Assembly: GCA_045642925.1 (NCBI GenBank)
Contig: JAZUJW010000034.1
Coordinates: 1 to 64,000 of the forward strand
Direction: 5' to 3'
Origin: Oscillospiraceae bacterium
GTDB taxonomy: Bacteria > Bacillota > Clostridia > Oscillospirales > Ruminococcaceae
DNA length: 64,000 nt
In this document: positions 48,601-58,592 of the stretch, piece after piece
Layout: each line of letters starts with the position of its first letter
Numbering within the stretch: position 1 is the stretch's first letter
Notes under the pieces: generated by a model
Databases searched by the model: none
Told to the model about the DNA's origin: nothing
Seen by the model: only the letters and a program-made list of their open reading frames with translations
Translations under genes and position numbers: made by a program

Positions 48601-51600
48601 AACCACAGGCACATTTTCCGTCACAACTACTGCATATTCCTCTGTGCGCTGCAACACGCCCAGATACGCACCGATACCGACAATTTCCACTGAGATCTGC
48701 TGATTGTCGCTTTCGAGCACCACCGTGCGGTAATCTATTCCTTCCCGCAATACCGTACCATCTGACATGGTAATGCGGTACTGCGGCACTGTTCCCGCGG
48801 CTTCCGTTATTCTGCCTTCCGCTGTATGCGGATTGCAAAGGGCAATATTACATTCGTCATACGAAAGGATATGCTGCTGATTCGTCGGTTTACAGGAAAA
48901 TGTGAACGCATCCCACACATAATAATCACAATCTAAATTGATATAATACGTTTTTCCTTTTTGCAGCGGCAATACCGCACAGAGCACCTCTCCATCACTT
49001 GTTTGTCGCTGTAGTTCATCGCCATTCTCATTTATGATACGCATGACCAGCGTATCACCTCTTTCCGAGAAAATGTATTCTTCCTCCTCATCCGCTTTGG
49101 ACAGGCATTGAAAACCATATATCCCATCATCGGGTGCAGTAAATGCCAATACGGAGTCCCAGTTTATTTCTTCATCTGCAAGCGTCACACTTTCCCCTGC
49201 GGTCAAGGTCTGCTTGACTTCATAACAGCGAATCGGCGCACTGATTGATGTGCAGCCCCAATAGTCGCCAATGCCGTATACCACGCCATAATAACTCTGC
49301 GGCACCCAAATGAAGTCTTTGTCCGCCGTCAGTGTCCATTCGAAAGGGGCAATCGTTTCGCTGCCATCGTTTGTAACCGTAATACTGCTGCATTTTGCCA
49401 GCACATCGGGCTGATCCGGATAGTAAAAGCAGGCATTTCTGTCTATTTGCTGTGCAGCCACATACATTCCCAATTTGTTGATCCAATTTTTCGGCGGTGT
49501 TTTGTCCATGTACAACAGCACACAACACTGCCTTTTTGATAAATCAGGCTCGTATACAAAAAACGTAATGATGTATTCTGTTCCTTTTTCCAGATAAAAA
49601 CGATGGTCTGACAAATCAGATTTCTCCGGGTCATACACAGGAGCAAGTTCCGCGAACGGTTCTTCCTCACCACGCTTCCGAATAAGCGTATACGGGCCAT
49701 ACAGTGTGCCCTCAGGCAGCAGATAATACTCGCCTGATTCATCAGGTGTCACACTGATTGAAAATTCCGATGCAATTTCTTCTCCCGCCCGATACCGTTC
49801 GCACAAGTCCACAAAGACTGTTTTGCCGTCCTCCAGAAATGTCGCAGGTTCGAAAGACCACAGAAACACTTCAAATTCTGTCCGACTGAATTCCTGCCTG
49901 CCGTCTGTCAGCACTGCCGTAATGACGATTTCCGATGAACCCTCTGCACAGAAGGTCAATGTGTTGTTTTGTGTTTCGGCAAGCAAAGTCTGAGTGCCGT
50001 CTGTTTCCCGCTGATACCAGCGAAGAAAGGCATCTTCTCCGCCAATGCGTTCCACATCCAGCGTAACCAGATCGCCCTGAAACACAAAAATATTCGGCTC
50101 AACAGGCAGGATACAGGGCAGTGTGCAATATTCCAGACCGTGCTGTTTTGCATAAGCAATGGCAAGGGAATCCGTACCTGCATACACATACGAATCCCGA
50201 ATGCCGTCTTCTTCAATGGTTTTCAGAGTATCCCCCAAAAAGATACTGTATGCTTGATAAATGCTGTTTTTCTCAATGGTTTCCACCTGCGGCAGATAGA
50301 TCTTCCCGCAGACATTGGAAATACCATTTTCGCAGACCGTTTTCACATTCGGGAACGAGAAGGAATCCGCATCGCAACCATCAAACTGCCCCGCCGTGAT
50401 GGTTTCCAGACTGTCAAATTCCAGCGATTGTGCGAATTTTGTCAAATACAGCGCATAAGGCTCCAATATCTCCAGATTTCCGAAATCAATATCTGTCCGC
50501 ATTCCTTTTCTCGTCATATCTTCGCTTCCGACATCACTATTCCAACCGCAGTCGGCAAGTGCCCGCGTGCGAATGGCAGTCACGCCTTTTGCAGAGAGAA
50601 AACCAAGACTGTCCATTCCACAAAAGCATCCTTCCGGCAATTCTGTAATGGCTTCCGAAAGCGTGACCTTTCCGAAACACGTACCTGCAAAAGCACGTTT
50701 CCCCAAGACTTGCAGGGAATCCAAGGAGATTTCCCCTTTGAGTGAAGCATACTGAAATGCTTCTTCCTGCACTTCTATCAGTTTGTCCCACTGCAAATCC
50801 AGCGCGACCAGTGCCTCACAGCCGTAGAATGCACGCGTCGGAATCACCGTCAAAGCATCCCCTGCTGTCCATTCCAGATAGTCCAACACAGCGGCATCGC
50901 AAAATACTTCTTCCCCGATATGCTCCACCGTGCCAAAATACAGGTCTGTGACCGCAGAATCGGCAAAAGCACGCGCCCCGATGCTGTCCATGTCCCATGC
51001 AAACAGCGTTTCCAGACTGCTTTCCGCAAACGCATCTTCCCCGATCTCTCTGACTGACGGCGGCAAAATGACTTCCTGAATCTGATGGTTGCGGGCGAAT
51101 GCACCTGCGCCGATTGCTTTCAGGGAACCATCAGGAAACGCGGCTTCCAGATCCACCACATTCCGCACACCCTGATATGCAGTCAGTACGCCGTTTTCCA
51201 CGGTATATGCATCCACGATGTCCGTGTCACCAATGCAGTACAGACCGCCTGCACATCCGCTGCTTTGTCCATCCTTCATGGAAATCGCATATACATATGT
51301 GGTTTGTTCCAGTTCCAGCGGCGCGGTATACAAAATACGATTGCCTTCTTTTGGCACAGAACCATCCAGCGTGTAGTAAATTTCAGCATTCTCCTCCGCT
51401 GTCAGTTCCAGTTCGATCGGCGCACTGTATGTTCCTGCTTTCATGGAAAACTGCGGCACTGCACCGATTTCTTCCGCAAAAACGAAATCTTTCAGGTTCA
51501 GAATGCCTTTTCCGCTTCGTTCGCTTTCGCCGACATTACGGCAGTTGAACTGCAAATAACGGGAAACCTGTTCTGCGGAAAGCTGCGGCTGATAGGAAAG

Positions 51601-52701
51601 CACATCCGCACAGGCTGCCGCTGCAAATGCCGCAGCCGCACTCGTGCCGCTGATACGCTGGTTGTGTTCGCCATTCATACCAACAGTCAGAATGTCAACA
51701 CCGGGCGCACAAAAATCGACCGCTTCCCCCATATTGCAGAAGGATGCCACAGCAGGCTGCCATGTATCTTCTGTTTCTTCCATTACTTTGCCGTATGCAG
51801 TAATCGTCAGGCATTCAGGGAACATCGCAGGCGCATAATCCGCTGTATCGCCCCCCTGATTGCCCGCAGGCACGCAAATCGGAATGTCCGCTTCGGCGGC
51901 GGCGGCACAGGCTTTTGCAAGCAATGCATCATCCCCTTGCGTGCAAACGCCAAGGACAATGACATCCGCTTTTTGTTCAATGGCATACAGCATCGCGCTG
52001 TACAGTTCCAGTGAACTTGAAACGCCGCTGTCGGAAACTGCTTTCAGCGGCAGGATTTTGACATTCTCACAGGTTGCCTGACAAATGATGCCTGCCGCCT
52101 GTGTACCGTGTCCGTGACCGTCCACAGTCTTATAGTCTTCTGACGCACAAAAACCTGCACTGCCGTCAGCAATGCGGTTCTGAAAGTAGTCTGCATTTTC
52201 TGTCATTCCTGTATCAATGACCGCTATTTTGATTTCAGGCAAATCTTTCGGGATAGACGAAAGCCATGAACAGTACACATCTGCGCCCATATCCTGTACG
52301 CCCCAGTTTTCTGTTTCCACGGCATCTTCTTCGGCATCCTGCGCACAGACCGTGTACACGCGGTCGGGCATGACCGCTTCTATGCATTCCGTCTGCTGAT
52401 ACTGCTGATATGCGGCACAGGCATCTTCCGCAGAAGCATATTGCAGAACATACAAATCTTCCATTGTATCCGTCACTCTCACGGCATTTTCCGCACATAC
52501 CGCTTCTTTACTTTCCACAATCAGCCGCGCACTCTGAAATGACGCGGTCACGGATGCGCCATCTGCCGCATCCGTTTGCATGGCAGTCACATTTTCTGCT
52601 GCAGGAGCACTATCTTGCGATTTATAAATCGGCATATCTGCTGAAAAAATGCTGCTGCAAGCAATCAACCATGCAGTCATTTGAGAAATCAATCGCTTCA
52701 T
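45673..52701 (-). CDS. Giant (2,342 aa) secreted cellulosomal protein: signal peptide, subtilisin-like serine peptidase (S8) domain, BspA-type LRR segment, long beta-rich repeat region and a C-terminal type-I dockerin
   Basis: S8 triad motifs: Asp (IAVIDTGM), His (HGHGTQAAG) and Ser (GTSAAAAFAAAA), at about aa 160-380. The LRR segment (AFARNHQIQEVILPPSVREIGEDAF...) follows. The C-terminal dockerin (GDLTGDDVCDWTDVQL...DCNEDGILDYVDLQWL) lies at about 45673-45890. A near-consensus promoter (TTGACA-18-TATAAT) lies at 52740-52769 on the minus strand. Confidence 0.8.
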   Translation of the reverse strand: MKRLISQMTAWLIACSSIFSADMPIYKSQDSAPAAENVTAMQTDAADGASVTASFQSARLIVESKEAVCAENAVRVTDTMEDLYVLQYASAEDACAAYQQYQQTECIEAVMPDRVYTVCAQDAEEDAVETENWGVQDMGADVYCSWLSSIPKDLPEIKIAVIDTGMTENADYFQNRIADGSAGFCASEDYKTVDGHGHGTQAAGIICQATCENVKILPLKAVSDSGVSSSLELYSAMLYAIEQKADVIVLGVCTQGDDALLAKACAAAAEADIPICVPAGNQGGDTADYAPAMFPECLTITAYGKVMEETEDTWQPAVASFCNMGEAVDFCAPGVDILTVGMNGEHNQRISGTSAAAAFAAAACADVLSYQPQLSAEQVSRYLQFNCRNVGESERSGKGILNLKDFVFAEEIGAVPQFSMKAGTYSAPIELELTAEENAEIYYTLDGSVPKEGNRILYTAPLELEQTTYVYAISMKDGQSSGCAGGLYCIGDTDIVDAYTVENGVLTAYQGVRNVVDLEAAFPDGSLKAIGAGAFARNHQIQEVILPPSVREIGEDAFAESSLETLFAWDMDSIGARAFADSAVTDLYFGTVEHIGEEVFCDAAVLDYLEWTAGDALTVIPTRAFYGCEALVALDLQWDKLIEVQEEAFQYASLKGEISLDSLQVLGKRAFAGTCFGKVTLSEAITELPEGCFCGMDSLGFLSAKGVTAIRTRALADCGWNSDVGSEDMTRKGMRTDIDFGNLEILEPYALYLTKFAQSLEFDSLETITAGQFDGCDADSFSFPNVKTVCENGISNVCGKIYLPQVETIEKNSIYQAYSIFLGDTLKTIEEDGIRDSYVYAGTDSLAIAYAKQHGLEYCTLPCILPVEPNIFVFQGDLVTLDVERIGGEDAFLRWYQRETDGTQTLLAETQNNTLTFCAEGSSEIVITAVLTDGRQEFSRTEFEVFLWSFEPATFLEDGKTVFVDLCERYRAGEEIASEFSISVTPDESGEYYLLPEGTLYGPYTLIRKRGEEEPFAELAPVYDPEKSDLSDHRFYLEKGTEYIITFFVYEPDLSKRQCCVLLYMDKTPPKNWINKLGMYVAAQQIDRNACFYYPDQPDVLAKCSSITVTNDGSETIAPFEWTLTADKDFIWVPQSYYGVVYGIGDYWGCTSISAPIRCYEVKQTLTAGESVTLADEEINWDSVLAFTAPDDGIYGFQCLSKADEEEEYIFSERGDTLVMRIINENGDELQRQTSDGEVLCAVLPLQKGKTYYINLDCDYYVWDAFTFSCKPTNQQHILSYDECNIALCNPHTAEGRITEAAGTVPQYRITMSDGTVLREGIDYRTVVLESDNQQISVEIVGIGAYLGVLQRTEEYAVVVTENVPVVLEESEKTSYLSFTPQKDDVYIICGVPSVSEIVCNFPSLDMMVYEQDWPVGIADCEFENHVIQYPVLQLSLFAGHSYCIQINHDDCDVFVEISQKQRLAECTVKQNVVSLPYDFSDTDLPVVLYAADGTALQENVDFTVMRGLCTAYGEAVFYFSGMGDYCGMLAFGIPSGNVISEDCFVEGCDWGHEQYFWFTPQETDCYTIQLMYAPSVLDDVFTGKRDMQSILDAGRCSVDFIITLYEQDAYSLRTEEFWTDTCSVELAAGVSYRISVSSCQQYSEGDYVLTVLHHKRSMFTEAEMIKGKETGEFQMYCIETGRRLEEGEDYRVLYDVNTEDGVLYCLVQGLGDYVGYTSDYWYMDEPFIPPTESEKTPRYVSAALDEVLQISNGTSYYVINVPYEMEVQVEDVCNFITTAVTCNVYGKQAAVSEAFLSAGQILHLYKGTYVFMAEQCARDSFSAMRLHPLRISLHGAEIAVSDVLMGTAMQKPQVRVCMDGRIMQENVDYVVQLPADAETEGVHSLTVEGIGDYFGSRKLLFYTLPENAETVSEWTAPRVDAVIAEGGAVCRYRFCAEAAENLLHMSAMQAASAAVYDESGTVMGMVCGLSEQQTALSLTAGEWYTLVARFCADTACGTVSLSINPQNRMFSDCTVSLPATVAQGTDLTNCLQVMDGELLLTYGEEYECTNLPDAELYGRVSLQLCGKGCYEGIQAVQTFILPNASLLQWKSAELLSVNRMYYQPIGDAWNQYLFAFIAPSTGDYILTLPTWETDRVTALLYDAEGNLLPFDTKQMHLQEKDTIYCLCVTDADGSRKGTDCCFALQIAAADNTHFVEADNMVYLVNGKEATLLQVRGNAAAYNVPTELYDARQDCMVQVTACDDVVENDSYFLYIEQGTPAAAYCQARQRNAVYLGAECTVQGDLTGDDVCDWTDVQLMQFVLSETAGIQLCASAAAQADCNEDGILDYVDLQWLLEFSQTE

Positions 52702-52882
52702 AGTTATTTTTCCTTTCTGTCTGAAAAAACTCTGCGTACATTATAGCACACCATTTCCGTGCGTGTCAATCCGAATCAGAATCGTCCATTGCAGGCTATA
52801 AATGCGCCCCTGCCCCAAATCTGCCGAAGCACTTGAATGTGTTCCTGCGAAATGGTTTGTTTTTTGAATTTTTTGTTTTCTA

Positions 52883-52911
52883 TTGACAACTGCACAAAAA
52901 TACGTTATAAT
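52883..52911 (+). promoter_or_regulatory. Consensus sigma-A promoter (TTGACA-17-TATAAT) for the metK leader
   Basis: TTGACA at 52883-52888, a 17-nt spacer and TATAAT at 52906-52911. Transcription would start just before the riboswitch P1 stem. Confidence 0.8.
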
Positions 52912-52919
52912 AGCATTAA

Positions 52920-53034
52920 CCTTATCACGAGCGGCGGAGGAATGGGTCCTTTGAAGTCGCGGCAACCGCATTCCGCAGAATGCATGGTGCCAATTCCCAC
53001 GGGCAGATTGCAATACTGCACCGAAAGATGAGGA
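52920..53034 (+). ncRNA. SAM-I (S-box) riboswitch aptamer
   Basis: P1 strands ccttatc...gatgagg and conserved core segments (GAGCGGCGGAGGAATGGGTCC, CGGCAACC, GGTGCCAATTCC, GAAAGATGAGGA). It lies upstream of metK. Confidence 0.85.
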
Positions 53035-53049
53035 ACGTATGCGAGAACA

Positions 53050-53092
53050 AAAGCGGCGGCATTCGTTTCCTGAATGACCGCCGCTTTTTTGC
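53050..53092 (+). terminator. Riboswitch expression-platform terminator (agcggcggcattc ... gaatgaccgccgct plus T6)
   Basis: Direct reading. It lies 30 nt upstream of the metK ATG. Confidence 0.8.
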
Positions 53093-53121
53093 TGATATGA
53101 AGAAAGGAAGTATCGAACATT

Positions 53122-54303
53122 ATGAAAAGATTTTTTACATCCGAGTCCGTCACTGAAGGACATCCCGATAAAATTTGCGACCAGATTTCCGATGCGGTAC
53201 TGGATGCCATTCTGGAGCAAGACCCCAATGGCAGAGTTGCCTGTGAAACCTGCTGCACCACAGGTGTTGTGATGTGCATTGGTGAAATCACCACAACTGC
53301 GACCGTAGACATTGCCCGCATTGCGCGTGAAGTGATTGTCGGCATCGGTTACGACCGTGCGAAATATGGTTTTGACGGCAATACCTGTTCTGTACTGACA
53401 TCCATCGACTGTCAGTCGGGTGACATTGCGCAGGGTGTTGACATGGCATATGACTGCAATGCAGATGATCCTGACAGTTTTGACCATCAGGGTGCAGGTG
53501 ACCAGGGCATGATGTTCGGATTCGCGTGTGATGAAACGACTGAACTGATGCCTTTGCCGATTTCGCTGGCGCACAAGCTTTCCAAGCGTCTGACGGCAGT
53601 CCGCAAGGATGGCACGCTGGATTATCTGCGTCCGGACGGCAAAACGCAGGTAACGGTAGAGTATGAGAATGATGTACCTGTTCGTGTAGATACGATCGTT
53701 GTATCGACACAGCACAGTGCGTCTGTTTCGCTGGACACGATTCGGGAAGATGTGAAGAAATATGTGATCCTGCCGACAGTTCCCGCAGAATTGATGGATG
53801 AAAACACGAAAATTTATGTCAATCCGACGGGACGTTTTGTCATTGGCGGCCCGCAGGGTGACAGTGGTCTGACGGGCAGAAAGATCATTGTGGATACATA
53901 TGGCGGATATTCGCGTCATGGCGGCGGTGCATTTTCGGGCAAAGACCCGTCGAAGGTTGACCGCAGTGCGGCATACATGACGAGATACATTGCGAAGAAC
54001 ATTGTTGCGGCAGGGCTTGCGAAGCGTTGTGAAGTACAGCTTGCGTATGCGATTGGTGTTGCACAGCCTGTTTCGGTATTTGTGGAGACATTTGGAACGG
54101 GTGCAGTGAATGAAGAAGTGCTTGCAAACGCGGTACGGAAGGTATTTGATTTGCGTCCTGCGGGCATTAGTGCGACGCTGGAGCTGCGGAAGCCGCAGTA
54201 TCGTGCATTGGCGGCATACGGGCACATGGGCAGAGAAGATCTGATGCCGGCGTGGGAGCGCACAGACAAAGCGGAAGCATTGAAAGCGGCAATCGGAAAA
54301 TAA
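53122..54303 (+). CDS. metK: S-adenosylmethionine synthetase
   Basis: Canonical N-terminus ([27 protein letters not shown]) and the [10 protein letters not shown]-loop. 393 aa. Confidence 0.95.
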   Translation: MKRFFTSESVTEGHPDKICDQISDAVLDAILEQDPNGRVACETCCTTGVVMCIGEITTTATVDIARIAREVIVGIGYDRAKYGFDGNTCSVLTSIDCQSGDIAQGVDMAYDCNADDPDSFDHQGAGDQGMMFGFACDETTELMPLPISLAHKLSKRLTAVRKDGTLDYLRPDGKTQVTVEYENDVPVRVDTIVVSTQHSASVSLDTIREDVKKYVILPTVPAELMDENTKIYVNPTGRFVIGGPQGDSGLTGRKIIVDTYGGYSRHGGGAFSGKDPSKVDRSAAYMTRYIAKNIVAAGLAKRCEVQLAYAIGVAQPVSVFVETFGTGAVNEEVLANAVRKVFDLRPAGISATLELRKPQYRALAAYGHMGREDLMPAWERTDKAEALKAAIGK

Positions 54304-54338
54304 ATTTTCTTGATTTTCAAAAGAATTTGCGGCTAATT

Positions 54339-54660
54339 GATTGAGGATTCCAAAGGGAATCATTCCCTTTGGCGAAGACCAGAGGCAGCGCCTCCGGACG
54401 CCAACAGACTGCAAGCAGTCTGCACCGCAGTCGGCGAAATTCCCCATTTCGTCCTAACGAATCAGGAAGGGGTGAGGGGAAACCCTATTAAGGAGTTTCC
54501 CCTCGTGTCGTACCTGACATAAATAAAGGAAGGCAGGAAGAACGCTTCATATCGTTCTCTTGCCTTCCTTTGTATATCATGGGAACTGTATGGTGGAACC
54601 CCTCCTGATTCGTTGGACGAAAAAGGGTGTTTCGCGCTTCGCGGATGTAGCCGCTTTATG
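54339..54660. repeat. Copy E of the repeat family: a full-length MITE-like element of about 320 bp with the ccaaagggaatcattccctttgg palindrome, a cagactg-caag-cagtctg hairpin, 30-bp terminal inverted repeats and a central aaggaaggcaggaagaacg...cgttctcttgccttcctt hairpin
   Basis: About 85% identical to copy B. It lies between the convergent metK and 54656-55720 genes. Confidence 0.8.
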
Positions 54661-55720
54661 CAGTGAATCCTGCTAAGGATGCAAACTCGCCCGCTATCAT
54701 TCCCGCCGCAAGATTTTCAAACGGCATCTCTCCGCTTACAGACGATTCCGCTATCAACAACGTCACATTCTGCTGCATCGCACTGTCCAGCATCGCTATG
54801 CAGGTGCACAGTCTGCTCACAGGCAGAATCGGGTGCTCCGGTTCCTCACGATTCATCCAGTTGATTCCCGGAACACCAACCTCACACGCAACCATCTCTA
54901 CCCCGTAAAGCGCCTGCAAAATTTGCAGCAGCAATACACTCTCCGAAAGCTCCGGTGCTGTCTCATCTTCAAATGCCATGCCAAAACAATACGGCTGCGG
55001 CAATCCGTCACTCAAACAAAGCCGTATGCTCAAAAATGCATCAGGCGCAGTCATTCTCATCGCCGTGTAGCAGTCACGCACAAACCGCGTACGGTCATCA
55101 AAATCACCGCCAAATGCACCGTCACGATGAAATGCCGCCAGACTCTCCGAAAACAAATTACGCTCGCAAACATTCAGCGCAATGCCGTGAAATCCCGCTT
55201 CCGATGCGCTTCTTGCCGCAATGCCGCAGGCAACCGCGATCGGTGTCACCGCCGTTTCCTCCAGAATCACAGGCGTTCCCTCAAACAGCGGACATCTCTC
55301 GAAACAAACAGGCGCAAGCGCCTGTGCGCCCGCATGGTCAAGCAGTGCAACCATTACCACATTCGGAACAGCTTCCTTGACTGCCTTGCAAAGTGCCGCA
55401 AATGCATCCTTGTTTTCTTCATTGATGACAAGCTGTCCCGCATTGCACCGCGCTTCTTTGCTGATGGCAACCGGCTCTGTCCAAAGCAGCCCGCAGGAAC
55501 GGCTCTTTGCCGCTGCCACATAACGTGCGATCGTGTTCGCAGTCGGCATTCCGTTTTCGTCTGCATCATAACCTGCGGAAACCATCACAGCTTCACGGTT
55601 TTGCAGAGCATTTCCATGCAGCGTCAGCGGGGCAGAAAGTGCAGAAGTGTCTTCCAGAAGCGGCAAAAATACGCCAAGAAGTGCCGCTTCCTGTTTCAGT
55701 TTGTCCATTGACTGTGCCAT
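54656..55720 (-). CDS. Hypothetical TIM-barrel-like oxidoreductase-family protein (weak resemblance to OYE/NADH:flavin oxidoreductases)
   Basis: The RBS aaaggag is present. A GFHGIALN segment resembles the OYE GFDGVEIH motif. The call is low-confidence. Confidence 0.35.
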   Translation of the reverse strand: MAQSMDKLKQEAALLGVFLPLLEDTSALSAPLTLHGNALQNREAVMVSAGYDADENGMPTANTIARYVAAAKSRSCGLLWTEPVAISKEARCNAGQLVINEENKDAFAALCKAVKEAVPNVVMVALLDHAGAQALAPVCFERCPLFEGTPVILEETAVTPIAVACGIAARSASEAGFHGIALNVCERNLFSESLAAFHRDGAFGGDFDDRTRFVRDCYTAMRMTAPDAFLSIRLCLSDGLPQPYCFGMAFEDETAPELSESVLLLQILQALYGVEMVACEVGVPGINWMNREEPEHPILPVSRLCTCIAMLDSAMQQNVTLLIAESSVSGEMPFENLAAGMIAGEFASLAGFTA

Positions 55721-55818
55721 AGTATCTTCTCCTTTTTCAGTAATATCGTGTTATTTCTCTAAGCAGTATCTGCCTGCCGCGAAATAATGCAGCAGGCAGA
55801 TGCAGTCTTGTGATGAAA

Positions 55819-58395
55819 TTATTTGTTGCCGAGGTCGGCAGCGGTAATCAGTTTTGCAATGTAGGAAAGAATCAGGGTGATGTCGTCTGCGTTGTGGACA
55901 TCGTTGCGGTCGCAGTCGGCATTGGTCAAGCCCTGGTCGGTGATAGAAACCTTATCTTCTGCCACAAAACGGGACAGCAGAATGACATCGTTGATGTTGA
56001 TGTCGCCGTCACAGTCTACGTCACCATAGTATGCCTTGCTCTGAGCACTGCCCTTGGAAGTAGTGGTTGTGGTTGTCGCAGTCGTCTTTTTCGGTGCTTC
56101 GGTCGTGGTAGAAGCAGCCTGTTCTTCCGGCTTCGTGCCATCCGGTTCAATACCGCCGATCAGCACACCGTCTGCATAAACACAGATGTTATCGGTGCGG
56201 ACTTCATTGCCTGTGCCGAAGAATGCATCATCTTCCTTGAAAATCTTCAGATCTGTATAACTCGGGTCGTTGGTCGGATCCCATTTGTCGCCGTAGTAGA
56301 AACCGATCTTGAATTGCAGCTTCTTGCCGCAGTTTGCGAAGTTGTAATCGCCCCAGTTCATTTCCACATAAGCATACTTGGAATCTCTGTCCCACTTGAC
56401 AGGCGCACTGATCTCAGCAGCGTGCGGTGCTGCTTCCGCAGAAACCTGATCGTAAAGGATGGAAGCTTCCACCTTGCCGAAGTCAGCGATTTCGGAGCAA
56501 TCGAAGTAGTAACGAACAGTCATGTTTTCGGGAGCCTTCGGTGCATTGGATTTCACCATGATGGAAACCTTCGTGACACCTGCGCCTTCTGCGTTGATGT
56601 CGTCAATGCCGCAGGCTTCTACCCATGTTGCATTGCCGCCGCCTTCGCCGTTTTCACCGCCGGAAGCGCCTCTGCCGCCGTCATCTACAGGCGGGAAATT
56701 CGGAGTGATCGCCTGCTTGTACTCATCCTTGTATTCAAGGTACAAGCCTGCTGCCGCACCCGGACAAGCCGCATTGTAGTCGATGGTAACTTCGTTGTAG
56801 ATCCAGTCGGAGGTCAAGTCTTTATGGCCGTCGCTCTCATCAGGGCCGCCTGCGAGTGCGCCGAACAGTACATAAAGCTGCTGGTCTGTATCTTCGCACT
56901 TGGTCAGACCGGAAGCTGCACGGTGATGCGGGTTCTTGACGGAAGAAGAATCGTAGCCGACAAGGAAGCAGCGCGGGCCGCTCACACCGCCCGGTTCGAG
57001 CGCTTCGATGTCGTTGTTGCCGAGGATGTATTCCATCTGGTCTTTTGCCCACTTCGTGAAGAAATAATCCTCGTGTTCGGGCTTATAGTGGTCTTTGCCG
57101 CCTGTATACTTATCATAAACAAGCATACAGAACTGTACTGCGGTATTGTAGCGGCAGGAACCCCATGTATTCAGCCAGAAGTAGCCTTGCGGGGTAATGG
57201 TACCGGGACTGCCTGCCATATAGCCGTTGTAAGCCTTTGCGCACTGTCCCCAGAAGTCGATTTCTTCATAGGGGTTCTTGCCGGCAGCGTTCATGTACTC
57301 AATTGCAAGGTCGCACTGACCAAGCGGGTTTTCCTTTTCGGTATAGGTCTTGCCGGATTTATAGGTTTCGGAGATGCGGCCCATCAGCAGACCAACGCCG
57401 TTCCAGACGTCATTCCAGCAGTAGACGTATCCGGGCGGTGCATAGAAGTCGTACACAGGGAGCATATCCTGCAAATACTGCGCATCCTCGGTGATGAGGT
57501 AGAGCCAGCAGGCTGCAAAGCAGTAGTCATCTTCCCACTTTGTCGAACCATAATAACCTTTCGGGCCCTGTTCGGTATCTGCGATCGCTTTCGGATTATC
57601 ATTGGTGAACTTATAGAGTGCCTTTGCATAATCCAGACATTTTTCTGCATATTCCGGATCGGATTCCTTGAAGTTCAGGTAGTTGATCGCAAGGCAGGCA
57701 GCGGTTTCTGCCACGTTACAGGTTGTCGGGTTTTCTGCCGTTGCAAACCATGCAGGACGAGCCATCGCATCATTCTGCGGAAGCTGCCAATAGCTGTGGT
57801 CGATATCGCCATCACCCACCTGATAGCAAAATGCCACAACATCGCCATTATCATCGCGGAATGTGCACTTCATGAAGTAGTCGCAGAAATAGCGGATAAT
57901 GGTTTCAACGTGCTCTGCCTGTTCGGTTTCGACATAGGCATCGCGGAATTCGTAGTAGCCCCACGAAACAGTCGAACCTGCATACGCTTCCGGCAAACCG
58001 AACTTTACGTGGTCACCTGCGTCATGGAAGCCGCCAGCCACATCGACGGTATCATCTTCCGTACCCGTATTCAGGATATCGTGGTACTTGTCGATGAACT
58101 CCTGTGAAAGGTTCGTGCCGATACTGTCGCTGCCCATAGGCTTCAGGGGAACGGCATTGTCGTAAGTATGGCAGTTTGCACGCCATGCGAAACGGTTATT
58201 TTCCTCCACCGCATCACCGCACATATTGCCGTCATAGAAATACAGCGAATACTGAAGTGCTTTGGCGAAGTTGTCATAGTCGCCCGGCTCATCGGTCACG
58301 AGCGCAGACGCCTGGAACGGAATCGAGCTGAGCACTGTCAGGGCGGACAGAGATGCAGCCAGAATCCGTGCGGAACGGTTCTTCAAAAACCGCAT
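55819..58395 (-). CDS. Cellulosomal endoglucanase: GH9 catalytic domain, CBM3-like module, Thr-rich linker and type-I dockerin
   Basis: Signal peptide. GH9 motifs (GGFHDAGDHVKFGLP; HHRAASG). The CBM3-like segment spans (NATWVEACGIDD...KLQFKIGFYYGDKWDP). The linker is TTATTTTTTSK. The dockerin is (GDVDCDGDININDVILLSRF...DCDRNDVHNADDITLILSYI). The start was set at ATG 58395, 8 nt after the RBS gaggaggg, because the ORF-track start is GTG. A TTGCAA-17-TATAAT promoter lies at 58449-58477 on the minus strand. Confidence 0.9.
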   Translation of the reverse strand: MRFLKNRSARILAASLSALTVLSSIPFQASALVTDEPGDYDNFAKALQYSLYFYDGNMCGDAVEENNRFAWRANCHTYDNAVPLKPMGSDSIGTNLSQEFIDKYHDILNTGTEDDTVDVAGGFHDAGDHVKFGLPEAYAGSTVSWGYYEFRDAYVETEQAEHVETIIRYFCDYFMKCTFRDDNGDVVAFCYQVGDGDIDHSYWQLPQNDAMARPAWFATAENPTTCNVAETAACLAINYLNFKESDPEYAEKCLDYAKALYKFTNDNPKAIADTEQGPKGYYGSTKWEDDYCFAACWLYLITEDAQYLQDMLPVYDFYAPPGYVYCWNDVWNGVGLLMGRISETYKSGKTYTEKENPLGQCDLAIEYMNAAGKNPYEEIDFWGQCAKAYNGYMAGSPGTITPQGYFWLNTWGSCRYNTAVQFCMLVYDKYTGGKDHYKPEHEDYFFTKWAKDQMEYILGNNDIEALEPGGVSGPRCFLVGYDSSSVKNPHHRAASGLTKCEDTDQQLYVLFGALAGGPDESDGHKDLTSDWIYNEVTIDYNAACPGAAAGLYLEYKDEYKQAITPNFPPVDDGGRGASGGENGEGGGNATWVEACGIDDINAEGAGVTKVSIMVKSNAPKAPENMTVRYYFDCSEIADFGKVEASILYDQVSAEAAPHAAEISAPVKWDRDSKYAYVEMNWGDYNFANCGKKLQFKIGFYYGDKWDPTNDPSYTDLKIFKEDDAFFGTGNEVRTDNICVYADGVLIGGIEPDGTKPEEQAASTTTEAPKKTTATTTTTTSKGSAQSKAYYGDVDCDGDININDVILLSRFVAEDKVSITDQGLTNADCDRNDVHNADDITLILSYIAKLITAADLGNK

Positions 58396-58592
58396 GGAAA
58401 ATCCCTCCTCTTTTTCTTGCACCGAATGCAGAATCCGGCACTGTACACATTATAGCATAGTCCAGTAAAATTTGCAAGTGTTTTCGTATATTTTCTGTTT
58501 TATGAACAGCAATCCCGCAATTCTTGACAGAAACCACAAAAGCTGGTCAGAAACCTCGCTTTTGATTTGCCAAATCAGCCGCATTTCTGTGT

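Noticed and set aside
52741-54447. 568-aa ORF on the minus strand
   Set aside because: It is antisense to metK and to the SAM riboswitch. Its composition is Arg/Cys-rich and low-complexity, typical of a GC-rich antisense frame, and it has no RBS.
55810-58107. 765-aa ORF on the plus strand
   Set aside because: It is antisense to the well-supported GH9 cellulase gene. The sequence is low-complexity and has no motifs.
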